Made by a program: the position numbers and the translations under genes. A model generated the notes under the pieces. That model searched no databases. It was not told the DNA's origin and was given only the letters and a program-made list of their open reading frames with translations. Positions 28,876 to 38,569 of a DNA stretch of 64,000 nucleotides are shown piece by piece (position 1 is the first letter of the stretch; each line of letters opens with the position of its first letter). Source of the DNA: Candidatus Chromulinivorax destructor (GTDB lineage: Bacteria; Babelota; Babeliae; Babelales; Chromulinivoraceae); assembly GCF_003366055.1 (NCBI RefSeq), contig NZ_CP025544.1, forward strand, positions 477,278 through 541,277, in the 5' to 3' direction.

Positions 28876-29364
28876 TTATTTTTTTGCAGCATAATACGCT
28901 AATCCGCCAGTTATAAGACCCATCGCAAGAGGCCTTAGATCAACTAGAAGAGCTGCACCAACTTCTTCTGAACCATTGTCATGATGTTGTTTTGCAAAGG
29001 AATTTATCAATACTATAGGGGTTTTAAATGTGCATACTTTTTTGTTTGTAAATCGAGCAATATCATAAAAACCATTATCGCAATCTGATAATTTTTGTTG
29101 TGCATATTTTTCATATATATATGCGCAAGCACCCATACTTTGTACTCCGAGCAGATCAAACTTTTCTCCATTTTCTTCTTGAGTAAAATGTACTAATGGA
29201 TTTACATTACACCCACTTAAAACCTGATACCCAAGGTTTCCAACAACATACCCTATAACCGCATGCGTTACAGGACTCTGAATTATAGTTTCTGACAAAG
29301 TTGATGCTTGAATATTGATACTGGATAATGCAATCAAAAAAATTGCTAACAAATTTTTCTTCAT
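28876..29364 (-). CDS. secreted protein (162 aa), unknown
   Basis: signal peptide MKKNLLAIFLIALSSINIQA. Confidence 0.45.
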   Translation of the reverse strand: MKKNLLAIFLIALSSINIQASTLSETIIQSPVTHAVIGYVVGNLGYQVLSGCNVNPLVHFTQEENGEKFDLLGVQSMGACAYIYEKYAQQKLSDCDNGFYDIARFTNKKVCTFKTPIVLINSFAKQHHDNGSEEVGAALLVDLRPLAMGLITGGLAYYAAKK

Positions 29365-29509
29365 GATAAAATTTTTTATTTAAAAAATATACATAGGTAA
29401 TCTCATTAACAAAATACCAACTACAATAAAAAAATCAAAAAAAATCCCACCTTTTGCAAGATGGGATTTAAAAATTCAAATTTTAAACTTGAGTTTTATA
29501 GAACGTTGA

Positions 29510-29830
29510 TTACCAACGACGGCTGCTGCCAGCTCCGCCAGTGTTACCACCGCGAGAGAAACCACCTGTGTTACCAGCTGGACGTTCTGTGCGTGGACGA
29601 GCTTCGTTAACTGTCAATTTACGACCGTTAAATTCAGCGCCGTTCAAAGCTGTCATAGCTGCTTCAGCTGTTGATTTGCTCAACATTTCTACAAAAGCGA
29701 AACCTTTAGATCTGCCTGTATCTCTATCTGTAATGATATTTACAGAAGCAACGTCTCCGAACTCTTCAAATCTTGCTCTTAAATCGCCTTCTGATGTGTC
29801 AAAGCTCAAGTTGCCAACGTACATTTTCAT
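29510..29830 (-). CDS. RRM-type RNA-binding protein with Gly-rich C-terminus (start likely MKMYVGNL, SD aggaag)
   Basis: RNP2 MYVGNL, RNP1 KGFAFVEM; C-terminal GGFSRGGNTGGAGSSRRW. Confidence 0.75.
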   Translation of the reverse strand: MKMYVGNLSFDTSEGDLRARFEEFGDVASVNIITDRDTGRSKGFAFVEMLSKSTAEAAMTALNGAEFNGRKLTVNEARPRTERPAGNTGGFSRGGNTGGAGSSRRW

Positions 29831-30149
29831 ACTGTTCTTCCTCATCCATTATTAAAATAACATCTTAAGTTTTTTAAGATTTAATTACTTTAATAACTAA
29901 AATTAATTAATATATCTCCATCATCATATCAAAAAGATTTTATGATAGCAATCTATCTTCAATGCTTTTTTACAATTTTCTTAAAATAAATTAAGACAAT
30001 AAAATATATTTATCGTAAAACCAGCTAAGGCAAACAATTCCCAAAAAAAACCTGTTCTCAAAGATATTTTTTACAAACACAACTTGATCAGTCACATCAT
30101 AAAACGTATGCTTCTAAAAAAATAAATTTTTATTTTCCAAGGAAATATA

Positions 30150-30761
30150 ATGAACGCTGCTCCTCATCAACCAGTACTTTTAACCGAATCAATTTTAGTT
30201 GTTAAGCAAGATACTTTATTTAAAGAGTTTCCAGCATGGCATGGCATCTCTCTTGATGCACTTCACCCACTTCTTACTGCAATCGTACAACATCAAGAGT
30301 CTTTGCCTCGACACCTTGCTGAAAAAGATGCTTCATACAAACAAATTATTTCATACATGATATTTACCTTTGATAGCAAAATATTTGTTATGCAAAGAAA
30401 AAATAAATTAAACGAACAGAATCTTGCAAACAAGTTATCAGTTGGTATTGGTGGACACATGACTCAAGAAGATATTCAAGGCGAAACTTTATTCGATTGG
30501 ATTAGTCGTGAATTTGAGGAAGAAGTTTCTTATGAAGGCAACCTTGCAATGCATACGCTTGGTTTTTTAAACGATGACAGCAATGAAGTTGGTAAAAAAC
30601 ATATTGGACTTGTTGTGCTTTTAAAAGGTGATAACGGCAACATTACCATTAAAGGCGATGAGCATAAAAGCGGTCAATTAATGTCGATGGAAGAATGTTT
30701 TGATACATTTGAGCAATTTGAAAGTTGGAGTCAATTAATTTTAAAGGCGCTTGTTGAATAA
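30150..30761 (+). CDS. Nudix-family hydrolase (probable)
   Basis: Nudix-box-like GGHMTQEDIQGETLFDWISREFEEEVS. Confidence 0.5.
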   Translation: MNAAPHQPVLLTESILVVKQDTLFKEFPAWHGISLDALHPLLTAIVQHQESLPRHLAEKDASYKQIISYMIFTFDSKIFVMQRKNKLNEQNLANKLSVGIGGHMTQEDIQGETLFDWISREFEEEVSYEGNLAMHTLGFLNDDSNEVGKKHIGLVVLLKGDNGNITIKGDEHKSGQLMSMEECFDTFEQFESWSQLILKALVE

Positions 30762-30789
30762 ATAAGCTGGTAATCAATACCAGGTAAAT

Positions 30790-30822
30790 AAAAAAGGATG
30801 TATTTTGTACATCCTTTTTTTA
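30790..30822. terminator. bidirectional terminator aaaaaggatgta-ttttg-tacatcctttttt
   Basis: between convergent Nudix (+) and RRM (-) genes. Confidence 0.55.
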
Positions 30823-30840
30823 TGACTAACTTTAAAAGTC

Positions 30841-31074
30841 TTAAAAACGAGCTTGTTTTACTGACCACCAACAACCATTAAATTCTAATCTATCTAACCC
30901 AGTAATTGCTGCTTGAGCTTCAATATCATTTGGCATATCAACAATTGCATACCCTTGAGATTTTCCGCCACTTTTGATGATTTTAACAGAAACAACTTGT
31001 CCAAAACGCTCAAATTTTCTAATTAATGCTGATTCCATAGTATCAGCTGTTAAATTTCCAACATATATTTTCAT
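30841..31074 (-). CDS. short RRM-type RNA-binding protein (77 aa)
   Basis: RNP2 IYVGNL, RNP1-like QGYAIVDM. Confidence 0.65.
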   Translation of the reverse strand: MKIYVGNLTADTMESALIRKFERFGQVVSVKIIKSGGKSQGYAIVDMPNDIEAQAAITGLDRLEFNGCWWSVKQARF

Positions 31075-31190
31075 ATTTTATTCCTTAGGGTATATACAAG
31101 AACATCAAGAATCATTGCTATTCGCAGTTTCAATTTGATATTATTAACATTGATAAATATAGCAAAATTTTCTAAAAAAGGAGATAAAAA

Positions 31191-31436
31191 ATGAAATATC
31201 TACGACAAATCGGTATGCTTATGCTGATGTTTATTCTTGGCGCTGCAGGTTATATGGCTGCACAGCGTTATTGTGCTCATCAAGAAGATGTTAAAGTTCA
31301 ACTTTTAGATAATATGTTTGGTGGCGATCGCTCAGATAGTGATCACAATCATCGCCGTCGTAACGCAAGTTATAACGAAGGTTATCAAGACGGTTTACAT
31401 GATGGCCAAAAAAATTGTCACCGTGATAGATCATAA
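31191..31436 (+). CDS. small membrane-anchored His/Arg/Asp-rich protein (81 aa)
   Basis: N-terminal TM helix; terminator tggagtgc...gcactcca at 31455-31488. Confidence 0.35.
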   Translation: MKYLRQIGMLMLMFILGAAGYMAAQRYCAHQEDVKVQLLDNMFGGDRSDSDHNHRRRNASYNEGYQDGLHDGQKNCHRDRS

Positions 31437-31498
31437 TCACAAATTGCAATAGATAAAAAATGGAGTGCTATATGCACTCCATTTTTTATACGTAATTC

Positions 31499-32503
31499 TT
31501 ACTTTTGTTTTTCATCAATATTTTTAAATAATTCTTTCATTGATGCCAATGAGCCCATTAACGCTGATGATTCGTACGGCACTACAATTAATTTATTATT
31601 CTGCCCTTCCATCATCTGTGGTAATGTCTGCATGTACTTCATTGCGATTAAATATTGTGCTGGATCAGTATTTGGCATAGCTGATTGCAACATTTCAAAA
31701 GCTTTTGCTTCTGCTGCTGCAACTTTTAATCGAGCTTGTGCTTGTCCTTCTGCCTCAATAATAGCTGCATCTGCTTGACCTTTTGCACGCAACACTTGTG
31801 ACTGCTGTACCCCTTCAGCATCAAGAATCATAGCAAATTTACTACCTTCAGCTTCTAAGATCGTTGCACGACGAGAGCGTTCAGCACGCATTTGTTTTTC
31901 CATAGCTGCACGAATATCATGCGGTGGATTAACTTCTTGTAATTCAACTCGATTTATCTTAACACCCCATTTATCAGTTGCTTCATCTAAAATAAGACGA
32001 AGGCGTTCGTTGATAACATCTCGTGAAGTTAATGATGTATCAAGATCCATTGACCCAATAACGTTTCTCAATGTTGTTTGTGTTAATTTTTCAATCGCTT
32101 CTGGTAAATTTGAAACTTCGTACATTGCAGCTTTTACATCAGTAATTTGATAATACAATAATGCGTTAATTTCCATGGTCACGTTATCTTTGGTAATAAC
32201 ATTTTGTTTAGGAAAATCGTACAATGCTTCACGCAAATCAATTCGGTATAATGTTTTAGATATTCTCACATAATCATGATTATGATCAACAAATACAAAC
32301 GTCCAAATAGCACTACGTTTTTGATCTATAAAAGGAACAATTGCATGCAACCCTGGTCCTAAAATTCTATGAAATCGGCCAAGCCTTTCAATAACAATCG
32401 TTTCTGCTTGATGAACTAAAATAACACTTGATAACAAAAAGCTTATCAAAAATAGTATTGGTACTAAGAAAAATGCGTACATCATTACCATGTTGTCAAT
32501 CAT
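31499..32503 (-). CDS. SPFH/band-7 (stomatin/prohibitin-like) membrane protein
   Basis: N-terminal TM, SPFH core, C-terminal Ala/Glu-rich coiled coil (AAIIEAEGQAQARLKVAAAEAKA). Confidence 0.8.
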   Translation of the reverse strand: MIDNMVMMYAFFLVPILFLISFLLSSVILVHQAETIVIERLGRFHRILGPGLHAIVPFIDQKRSAIWTFVFVDHNHDYVRISKTLYRIDLREALYDFPKQNVITKDNVTMEINALLYYQITDVKAAMYEVSNLPEAIEKLTQTTLRNVIGSMDLDTSLTSRDVINERLRLILDEATDKWGVKINRVELQEVNPPHDIRAAMEKQMRAERSRRATILEAEGSKFAMILDAEGVQQSQVLRAKGQADAAIIEAEGQAQARLKVAAAEAKAFEMLQSAMPNTDPAQYLIAMKYMQTLPQMMEGQNNKLIVVPYESSALMGSLASMKELFKNIDEKQK

Positions 32504-32528
32504 AGGATGACCTTTCTTTTTTATATAA

Positions 32529-32975
32529 TTAAACTAATCTCTCTACTCGTAAATGACAACCTTGCACACCACGAATAATAACGAATTGACCATCTACAAA
32601 AGATTCATTTCGTAGATTCTTAACGACCCACACCTGACCGTATATTTTTGCAAGCCATACATCGTGATGCTCACTAGCTTTATAAATCATCACCTTTTGA
32701 CCAATTAAAGCATCATTATTTGACCGATGAGACGGTGATAACAGTTGGCTATTATTTCTATGCATATAATAATACGCACAACAAAGAGCGATCGTTGTGG
32801 TAACTAAAAAAACTGCCAACTGGTAAAAAATATTTGATGTATAAAAAGTTGTAAGATAAGAACAGAAAGAACCACACGAAAAAGCTAAAAAATAGAATAA
32901 TCCTGGATGCCCCATTTCTAGAAAAAGAAATAAGAAACAAAGGCTAAACCATACTAATTGATGAGTATCGATCAT
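32529..32975 (-). CDS. NfeD-like membrane protein (partner of SPFH)
   Basis: 3 TM helices plus C-terminal OB-fold-like beta domain; immediately upstream of the SPFH gene on the same strand. Confidence 0.6.
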   Translation of the reverse strand: MIDTHQLVWFSLCFLFLFLEMGHPGLFYFLAFSCGSFCSYLTTFYTSNIFYQLAVFLVTTTIALCCAYYYMHRNNSQLLSPSHRSNNDALIGQKVMIYKASEHHDVWLAKIYGQVWVVKNLRNESFVDGQFVIIRGVQGCHLRVERLV

Positions 32976-33159
32976 ATGATTTCCTTTCTTAGATAAAAAG
33001 AGATGAACTAACTGTCTTTATGTACCATACCAAAAAAATAGTTAATTTACCATGTGCAAAACAGGTCACGCATGTGTCATAAAAAAATTCTCTTTTCTTA
33101 CATATAGCAAGAAAAGAGAATGTATAATCTATACCTATATACCACGCTCAAGCAACTGC

Positions 33160-33738
33160 TCAAGAACTGACAGAATTACCTTGAATGTTTTTTTGTGTTT
33201 CATCTGTTACTGGTAATAATTTAATATTTGATAATGCTAAAATCTGAAAATTTCCTTGTGGATCGATTCTTACACCAATCTCACCTTGAGCACCAGTCTT
33301 TATCATATAGCGAACATGAGTCTTTTTTTCATCACTGACATCAGGATACTCAAGCCACATAGAAAGATAATACGGGCCATGAAAACCTGCAGGAACTTGG
33401 CCACTTACTCGACCTTCATCTTTCATATAAATTGGCAAAAATGAGCCTTTTACACACTGTAAGCATAATTTTTCATCTTGTTGTAAAAACATTTCTCCAG
33501 CTTGCAGCGTCAAAATAGATCGAGGAGTAATTAATCCAAGGCAATCACTATTTGAGTAATACAATTTAAATGAACAGTTGACCGTTTGATTTTCAATAAG
33601 CCTTAACGATAAACGGTTGGTAAAATTTATAAAGTTTCCTTCTTCTGCATAACCTGCACAAAGCATGCCACTAAATAAAATGCCGTACGTAAACAATAAT
33701 TTTTTTATATTCATTATCTCCCTTTTATTTGATGACAT
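33160..33738 (-). CDS. secreted protein (192 aa), unknown
   Basis: signal peptide. Confidence 0.45.
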   Translation of the reverse strand: MSSNKREIMNIKKLLFTYGILFSGMLCAGYAEEGNFINFTNRLSLRLIENQTVNCSFKLYYSNSDCLGLITPRSILTLQAGEMFLQQDEKLCLQCVKGSFLPIYMKDEGRVSGQVPAGFHGPYYLSMWLEYPDVSDEKKTHVRYMIKTGAQGEIGVRIDPQGNFQILALSNIKLLPVTDETQKNIQGNSVSS

Positions 33739-33854
33739 AGTATCAAACTAAAAATATTATTTACAATATTTAGTTTATTTAAGTTTGCACTGGGCAGAAA
33801 AATAATAGATTGTATACTAAATAATGAACCTAAAGTAGATATCCTCGTTATCTT

Positions 33855-34589
33855 ATGAAAGAAAAATATGAACAAAAAATTAGGCTGTTTTATATCTCTT
33901 TTTTATTATTAACCAACTCTTTACTACTCTCAAATCCTATGCAAATTAATCGCGGTTTTTTATTTTCTATTGAAGGCACTGAAGGTTGTGGAAAATCAAC
34001 TCTCATTACGAAACTTGCTCAAAAATTATCCGATGTTCAATTAAACGTGGTAACAACACGAGAACCAGGAGCGACTGAACTTGGTAAAAGTTTGCGAACG
34101 CTATTAATGAATAAAACAGCCCCAACTTGTACACTTGCAGAATTTTTATTATTTGCAGCAGATCGTGCTCAACATTTCCACGAAATTATTATGCCTTCTT
34201 TAAACAAAAATCAGATTGTTATTTGTGACCGCATGGCAGACTCATCGCTGGTGTATCAAGGCTATGTAAAAGGGCTTGATCAATCAAAAATGGCATTTAT
34301 TAATCAATGGGCAATGCAAGATCAGCAACCAGATATCGTTTTTTATTTACAGATAGATTCTGAAAGTGCGTTGGCAAGAGTTACCCAAAGAAACAAGCAC
34401 CACAACGAAGAATCAGTTGCTTTTGAAAAAGAAATTTTAGAAAAAAAACAACAATTGATTGATGGTTTTGATACAATACTACAAGGCCGCTCAAACGTTT
34501 TTGTTATAGATGCTACTGCACCTGCTGATGAAATCGCAGAGCAAGCATTTCAAGTAGTTATGTGTTACCTTGAAAACAACAATGAATAG
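33855..34589 (+). CDS. tmk: thymidylate kinase (alternative start at 33939, MQINRGFLFSIEG)
   Basis: P-loop FSIEGTEGCGKST; DRxxDSSLVYQG motif (DRMADSSLVYQG). Confidence 0.8.
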   Translation: MKEKYEQKIRLFYISFLLLTNSLLLSNPMQINRGFLFSIEGTEGCGKSTLITKLAQKLSDVQLNVVTTREPGATELGKSLRTLLMNKTAPTCTLAEFLLFAADRAQHFHEIIMPSLNKNQIVICDRMADSSLVYQGYVKGLDQSKMAFINQWAMQDQQPDIVFYLQIDSESALARVTQRNKHHNEESVAFEKEILEKKQQLIDGFDTILQGRSNVFVIDATAPADEIAEQAFQVVMCYLENNNE

Positions 34590-35334
34590 ACCTGCACATC
34601 ATCCAACTCATTTATGGATAAGTGACCCGCAAACTCTTCAAGCTGAAGTCATAAGCCTTATACAAAGCAAGCTGTGCGCGCATCAAGCTTGTCAGCAATG
34701 TGTAACATGCAGGCAAATTAAAGACAAAGAACATCCGTGGGTTATTTGGCTTACGCCTGAACGTTCATATTCACTCGATCAAATTGATGAAATTCTACAT
34801 ACTGCATCATTTAAACTCGATCAAGGTGAGTATCGCTTTTTTATATTACAACAAGCAGAACGACTTACTGATCATTGCTCTAATCGACTATTAAAAACAG
34901 TTGAAGAACCATTTGAAGGGTATAATTTCTTCTTTTTAACAGACCGCCCAGAGATGCTGCCATTAACCATTCAGTCTCGCTGTGTTGTTAAAAAATTTCA
35001 GTCTCAAGTTGATGATACATACAAGAATTTATTGCATTCATTCTTCACGTTACAATTTAATGACCCGATCAATTTTATTAAACAAGTTGATTCTCTTGAC
35101 ATTAAAGAACAAGAATCTAGAAAATTAACTGACGATCTTTATAACTATTGGGCAACTGAATTAAAAAGAGATCTACATAACCAAGATATTCAAGAACACA
35201 AAGCCCAAGGAATGGTCAACGTTTTGCAATGGGCTATAAAAAATCCTGCTATGACAGGCGGATCAAAAATATTTTGGAAAAATTTATATCTTTCTGCTGA
35301 TTATGCGACAAAAACTAAAAAAGCTCTGGACTAG
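34570..35334 (+). CDS. holB: DNA polymerase III delta-prime subunit
   Basis: RFFILQQAERLTDHCSNRLLKTVEEP ... LTIQSRC (delta-prime sensor motifs); overlaps tmk stop as in many genomes. Confidence 0.7.
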   Translation: MKTTMNRPAHHPTHLWISDPQTLQAEVISLIQSKLCAHQACQQCVTCRQIKDKEHPWVIWLTPERSYSLDQIDEILHTASFKLDQGEYRFFILQQAERLTDHCSNRLLKTVEEPFEGYNFFFLTDRPEMLPLTIQSRCVVKKFQSQVDDTYKNLLHSFFTLQFNDPINFIKQVDSLDIKEQESRKLTDDLYNYWATELKRDLHNQDIQEHKAQGMVNVLQWAIKNPAMTGGSKIFWKNLYLSADYATKTKKALD

Positions 35335-36025
35335 TTTTTTATTTTTCTTAGAACTGCAACTCTTAATTTCTGTGGTGATGCTTCCTATTTTAATTGCATG
35401 GGGACTTTCTATATCAGTTATGACGATTGTAGGAAATCTTGTTTTTGCACAATTTTTAACTGTATTTATTTTTGTATCAGCTGTTATATTTACCTGTGAT
35501 ATTTTTGGTATTCCCAATTCATTGGCTACCGGATTACTTGAATGGGTAACCAATATTTGGGACTATTTTTTATCTTTTGGATCAGTCAACTGGCTTGTTG
35601 GGTACCCAAACTATTTATTTCCACTTTCTGTTCTTGCAGCAATTGTAGCTTGTATGCTCTATAGCAAAAAAAAATACACACAAAACCAACGTATATTTTT
35701 TTTGACATGCTTATATCTATGCATACCTCTTGCCAAAGTCACTTTAAAAAAGAAATATAGTCACTCAGTTATCATGCAAGGAAATCAAAACTTCTATCTT
35801 ATTGAAAAAAATGGAGTTATCTATGCATTTGATTGCGGGGCTTTAGGAGCTCGTCCTTCAAGTCAATCATGGATAGAATATACACTTGCATCTCATATGA
35901 TCAAAACTTTTGGAGCAACTCATATCGATATGCTGTTTTTGTGTAAATCTAATTCCAGAACCACTGCAGCTGCACAAGCGCTTCAAGAACATATCCCTGT
36001 CAGGCGTACAGTTTTAATTTCATAA
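35303..36025 (+). CDS. polytopic membrane protein; weak resemblance to ComEC/Rec2 (TM core plus a degenerate start of metallo-beta-lactamase domain)
   Basis: FYLIEKNGVIYAFDCGALGARPSS...IKTFGATHIDMLFLCKSNSRTT resembles the ComEC MBL-domain start but lacks HxHxDH. Confidence 0.3.
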   Translation: MRQKLKKLWTSFLFFLELQLLISVVMLPILIAWGLSISVMTIVGNLVFAQFLTVFIFVSAVIFTCDIFGIPNSLATGLLEWVTNIWDYFLSFGSVNWLVGYPNYLFPLSVLAAIVACMLYSKKKYTQNQRIFFLTCLYLCIPLAKVTLKKKYSHSVIMQGNQNFYLIEKNGVIYAFDCGALGARPSSQSWIEYTLASHMIKTFGATHIDMLFLCKSNSRTTAAAQALQEHIPVRRTVLIS

Positions 36026-36124
36026 TTACAGTTATTTTAAAAATCATTGTATTCAAATATTTGACCTTGATAACTTATTCTTACAAAGAAATAAAAAATA
36101 TTGTTACACAAAAAGGAAAAACTT

Positions 36125-36424
36125 ATGAAAAAACTATATGCAGCAACTCTATCAATGCTTTTTATCAGTTGTGCAACCGTACAAACAGGAGAGTCTGATG
36201 TGCCTGCAAAATCAATGTCTCCTCAAGCAGCAAAATTTGCAAGCATGGACAAACAAGAAAAAAAAGCAATGATGCAAAAAATGAGTCCTGATGAACGAGC
36301 AGCTTTTAAATCTCAGTTAACTCCAGAACAACAAAAAAAGCTTACAGAACAGCAACAAAAACAAAAGCAAATGCCACGAAGAATGGCTCGTAGACAAGCT
36401 CGTAGATCAGGTAATCAAGGCTAA
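36125..36424 (+). CDS. small basic lipoprotein (K/Q-rich), paralog family member 1
   Basis: SD aaaggaaaa; MKKLYAATLSMLFISC lipobox; followed by terminator ggtgatgtttaacacaatgaaacatcacc. Confidence 0.5.
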   Translation: MKKLYAATLSMLFISCATVQTGESDVPAKSMSPQAAKFASMDKQEKKAMMQKMSPDERAAFKSQLTPEQQKKLTEQQQKQKQMPRRMARRQARRSGNQG

Positions 36425-36631
36425 AATTATATTTTGATCATAGTAAGGTGATGTTTAACACAATGAAACATCACCTTTTTTTAACGTCAAAATTCAGTCA
36501 GCAATCATTAATCATTCAAATAAAACAACTGAACAAAATAACAAAACTGTTGATTTTAAAGCAAATAATCTGATAAGTTATTCATATAGAAATTACTTAT
36601 CGTAAGTAATACTACAAAAAAAGGAACTGTT

Positions 36632-37042
36632 ATGAAAAAATTACAATTATTAGCATTATCAATGCTTCTTTCAACATCAATGGTTATGATGTCTAAAAAT
36701 ACAACAAGAGTACAAAATGCAGATGGATCAATCACAACGACAACCTGTAAAGGTAATTCTTGTACCATTCGCGAAAACTCTAGAAATCATAAAAAGTGCA
36801 CAAGTAATAGCTGTCTACGCCATCAACCACATGTTGTGATAGAAGAAGTTATTCCTACAACTGTTGTGGTAGAAGAAATAGCTCCTGTAAGAACAACACG
36901 AACTTCAACAGTACGTAGTTCAAATTTCCCTGGCACTCGCTCTAAAAAAGTAACTGAATACAGAACAACGCGCCCTGCACTACTAACAAACTCAGATGAT
37001 GTTGTTACGACAACAGAAACAACGACAGTTATTCAGGATTAA
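36632..37042 (+). CDS. small secreted Thr-rich, Cys-containing protein, paralog family member 2
   Basis: SD aaaaaggaa; MKKLQLLALSMLLSTSMVMM; CKGNSCT...CTSNSC; T/V-rich repeats. Confidence 0.5.
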   Translation: MKKLQLLALSMLLSTSMVMMSKNTTRVQNADGSITTTTCKGNSCTIRENSRNHKKCTSNSCLRHQPHVVIEEVIPTTVVVEEIAPVRTTRTSTVRSSNFPGTRSKKVTEYRTTRPALLTNSDDVVTTTETTTVIQD

Positions 37043-37080
37043 ATTATTAAACTCTTGTACTCATAAAAAAAGGAATTATT

Positions 37081-37521
37081 ATGAAAAATTTAAAATTTTT
37101 AGCGTTATCATTACTTCTTTCAACTTCTGCATGCATGATGAACGCAAGCGTTGTAGAAGAAACTACGACAACGACAACGACGTCAGACATGGTCACAGTT
37201 GAGCCAGTTGCTGCGCCAGCTGTTGTGACTGAAACAACTGAAAAAAAGTGTGATGGTTCTCATTGCTCACACAAAACTACAACAAAAAAATGTCAGGGTT
37301 CAAGTTGTTCAAGAAGATCTATGTTAACTGAAGAAGACGAAGGTACAACAAGAAGAACACGACGAAATAGTGGAATGACATCTGAGCAACGAGCTGAACG
37401 CAGGTCAACATGGCAAAATATGACACCACAAGATCGTGTAGAAAGATCTTCATGGAAATCAACACGTCAAGTAAAACCAAATGGTAATGTGGTTACAACT
37501 GAAACATCTGTTGTAAGCTAA
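37081..37521 (+). CDS. small secreted Thr-rich, Cys-containing protein, paralog family member 3
   Basis: SD aaaaaggaa; MKNLKFLALSLLLSTSACMM; CDGSHCSHKTTTKKCQGSSCS; terminator gaggtgcactg...cagtgcacctc. Confidence 0.5.
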   Translation: MKNLKFLALSLLLSTSACMMNASVVEETTTTTTTSDMVTVEPVAAPAVVTETTEKKCDGSHCSHKTTTKKCQGSSCSRRSMLTEEDEGTTRRTRRNSGMTSEQRAERRSTWQNMTPQDRVERSSWKSTRQVKPNGNVVTTETSVVS

Positions 37522-37703
37522 ATTGATAATGTTTAGATACTAAACATAAAAAAAGAGGTGCACTGTTTTTACAATGCACCTCTTTTCACGTCAAAAAAAT
37601 CACAAAAGTCATAAATTTAATCAAAAAATTATTGATTAAAGCAATATAAATACTGTATTATTATTTCATATAGACAATAAAAACCAAATCAAAAAGAAAT
37701 AAT

Positions 37704-38516
37704 ATGTTTAAAATTAATTATACATCATTTCATAAATATATATTTTTTCTTGTATTAGTTCCTATAAATACAGATTTCTTTTCATACTTAGATGCTTGCG
37801 CAGCACATACGTTACTGCGAGCAAGTTCAAAACATATTCCAAATTTAATTTCTCAAACAGATGCTCATGCAAAAGAAAAAGTGTACCCTTCCCTTTTCTA
37901 TATGACCCCAGATTCTCAGGTAGCAAAACCAACAATAGTTCAACCTTTTTTAAAAAAAATAGAATATAAAAAAGATGCTTCTTACATAGAAAATAGTGCA
38001 TCTAAATTTGATACAAAGATGCAAGTTTTGCAGACAAAATTTAAGAATGAAACTGAACTTTTTACTGTAAAGCTATCAGAAATTTTAACAACTCTTGAAG
38101 AAACATTTAATGAATTGACCTTGAAAATTTTAGAGCAAAAAACAGATGAACCGAGGGCAAGGACAACAAAAGATTTGCATCCTCAACAACTCACTCGAGA
38201 GCAAGCCCTTATTGAAATTAAAAATGTTGTAGAAAAAATCTTTGACCCCAATGATCAACGCCCTTTGTCTGTGTATCTACAAGAAGCAAATTCATTCAGT
38301 CAATATCTTGATACGCAAACAGATAAACAAATTATTGAGGGTCTTACATTCTTACAAGAGCATCAGCACAGAAAAAGTCTGCTATGGGATACTCTTTTTT
38401 GGATGCAAGCAATACAAGAAAGAAAGCTGAATGAAATTCCAGCAAAGCTCAATCTTAAAAATTTTCCTAAAGAAATCGTAATTGCTGAGTTAACAAAAAA
38501 ATCTAATTTAGAATAA
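37704..38516 (+). CDS. hypothetical protein (270 aa)
   Basis: ORF only. Confidence 0.4.
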   Translation: MFKINYTSFHKYIFFLVLVPINTDFFSYLDACAAHTLLRASSKHIPNLISQTDAHAKEKVYPSLFYMTPDSQVAKPTIVQPFLKKIEYKKDASYIENSASKFDTKMQVLQTKFKNETELFTVKLSEILTTLEETFNELTLKILEQKTDEPRARTTKDLHPQQLTREQALIEIKNVVEKIFDPNDQRPLSVYLQEANSFSQYLDTQTDKQIIEGLTFLQEHQHRKSLLWDTLFWMQAIQERKLNEIPAKLNLKNFPKEIVIAELTKKSNLE

Positions 38517-38529
38517 TTTTACAAGTAAG

Positions 38530-38565
38530 CAAAAAGGCCTCTTGAAATCAAGAGGCCTTTTTGTA
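38530..38565. terminator. bidirectional terminator aggcctcttga-aa-tcaagaggcct
   Basis: 11-bp stem between convergent genes. Confidence 0.6.
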
Positions 38566-38569
38566 TTTT

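Noticed and set aside
33855-33938. Possible N-terminal signal-like extension on tmk (MKEKYEQKIRLFYISFLLLTNSLLLS)
   Set aside because: Thymidylate kinase is cytoplasmic and its conserved sequence begins at MQINRGFLFSIEG. Neither start has a convincing SD, so the longer call is retained with an alternative noted rather than claiming a novel exported Tmk.
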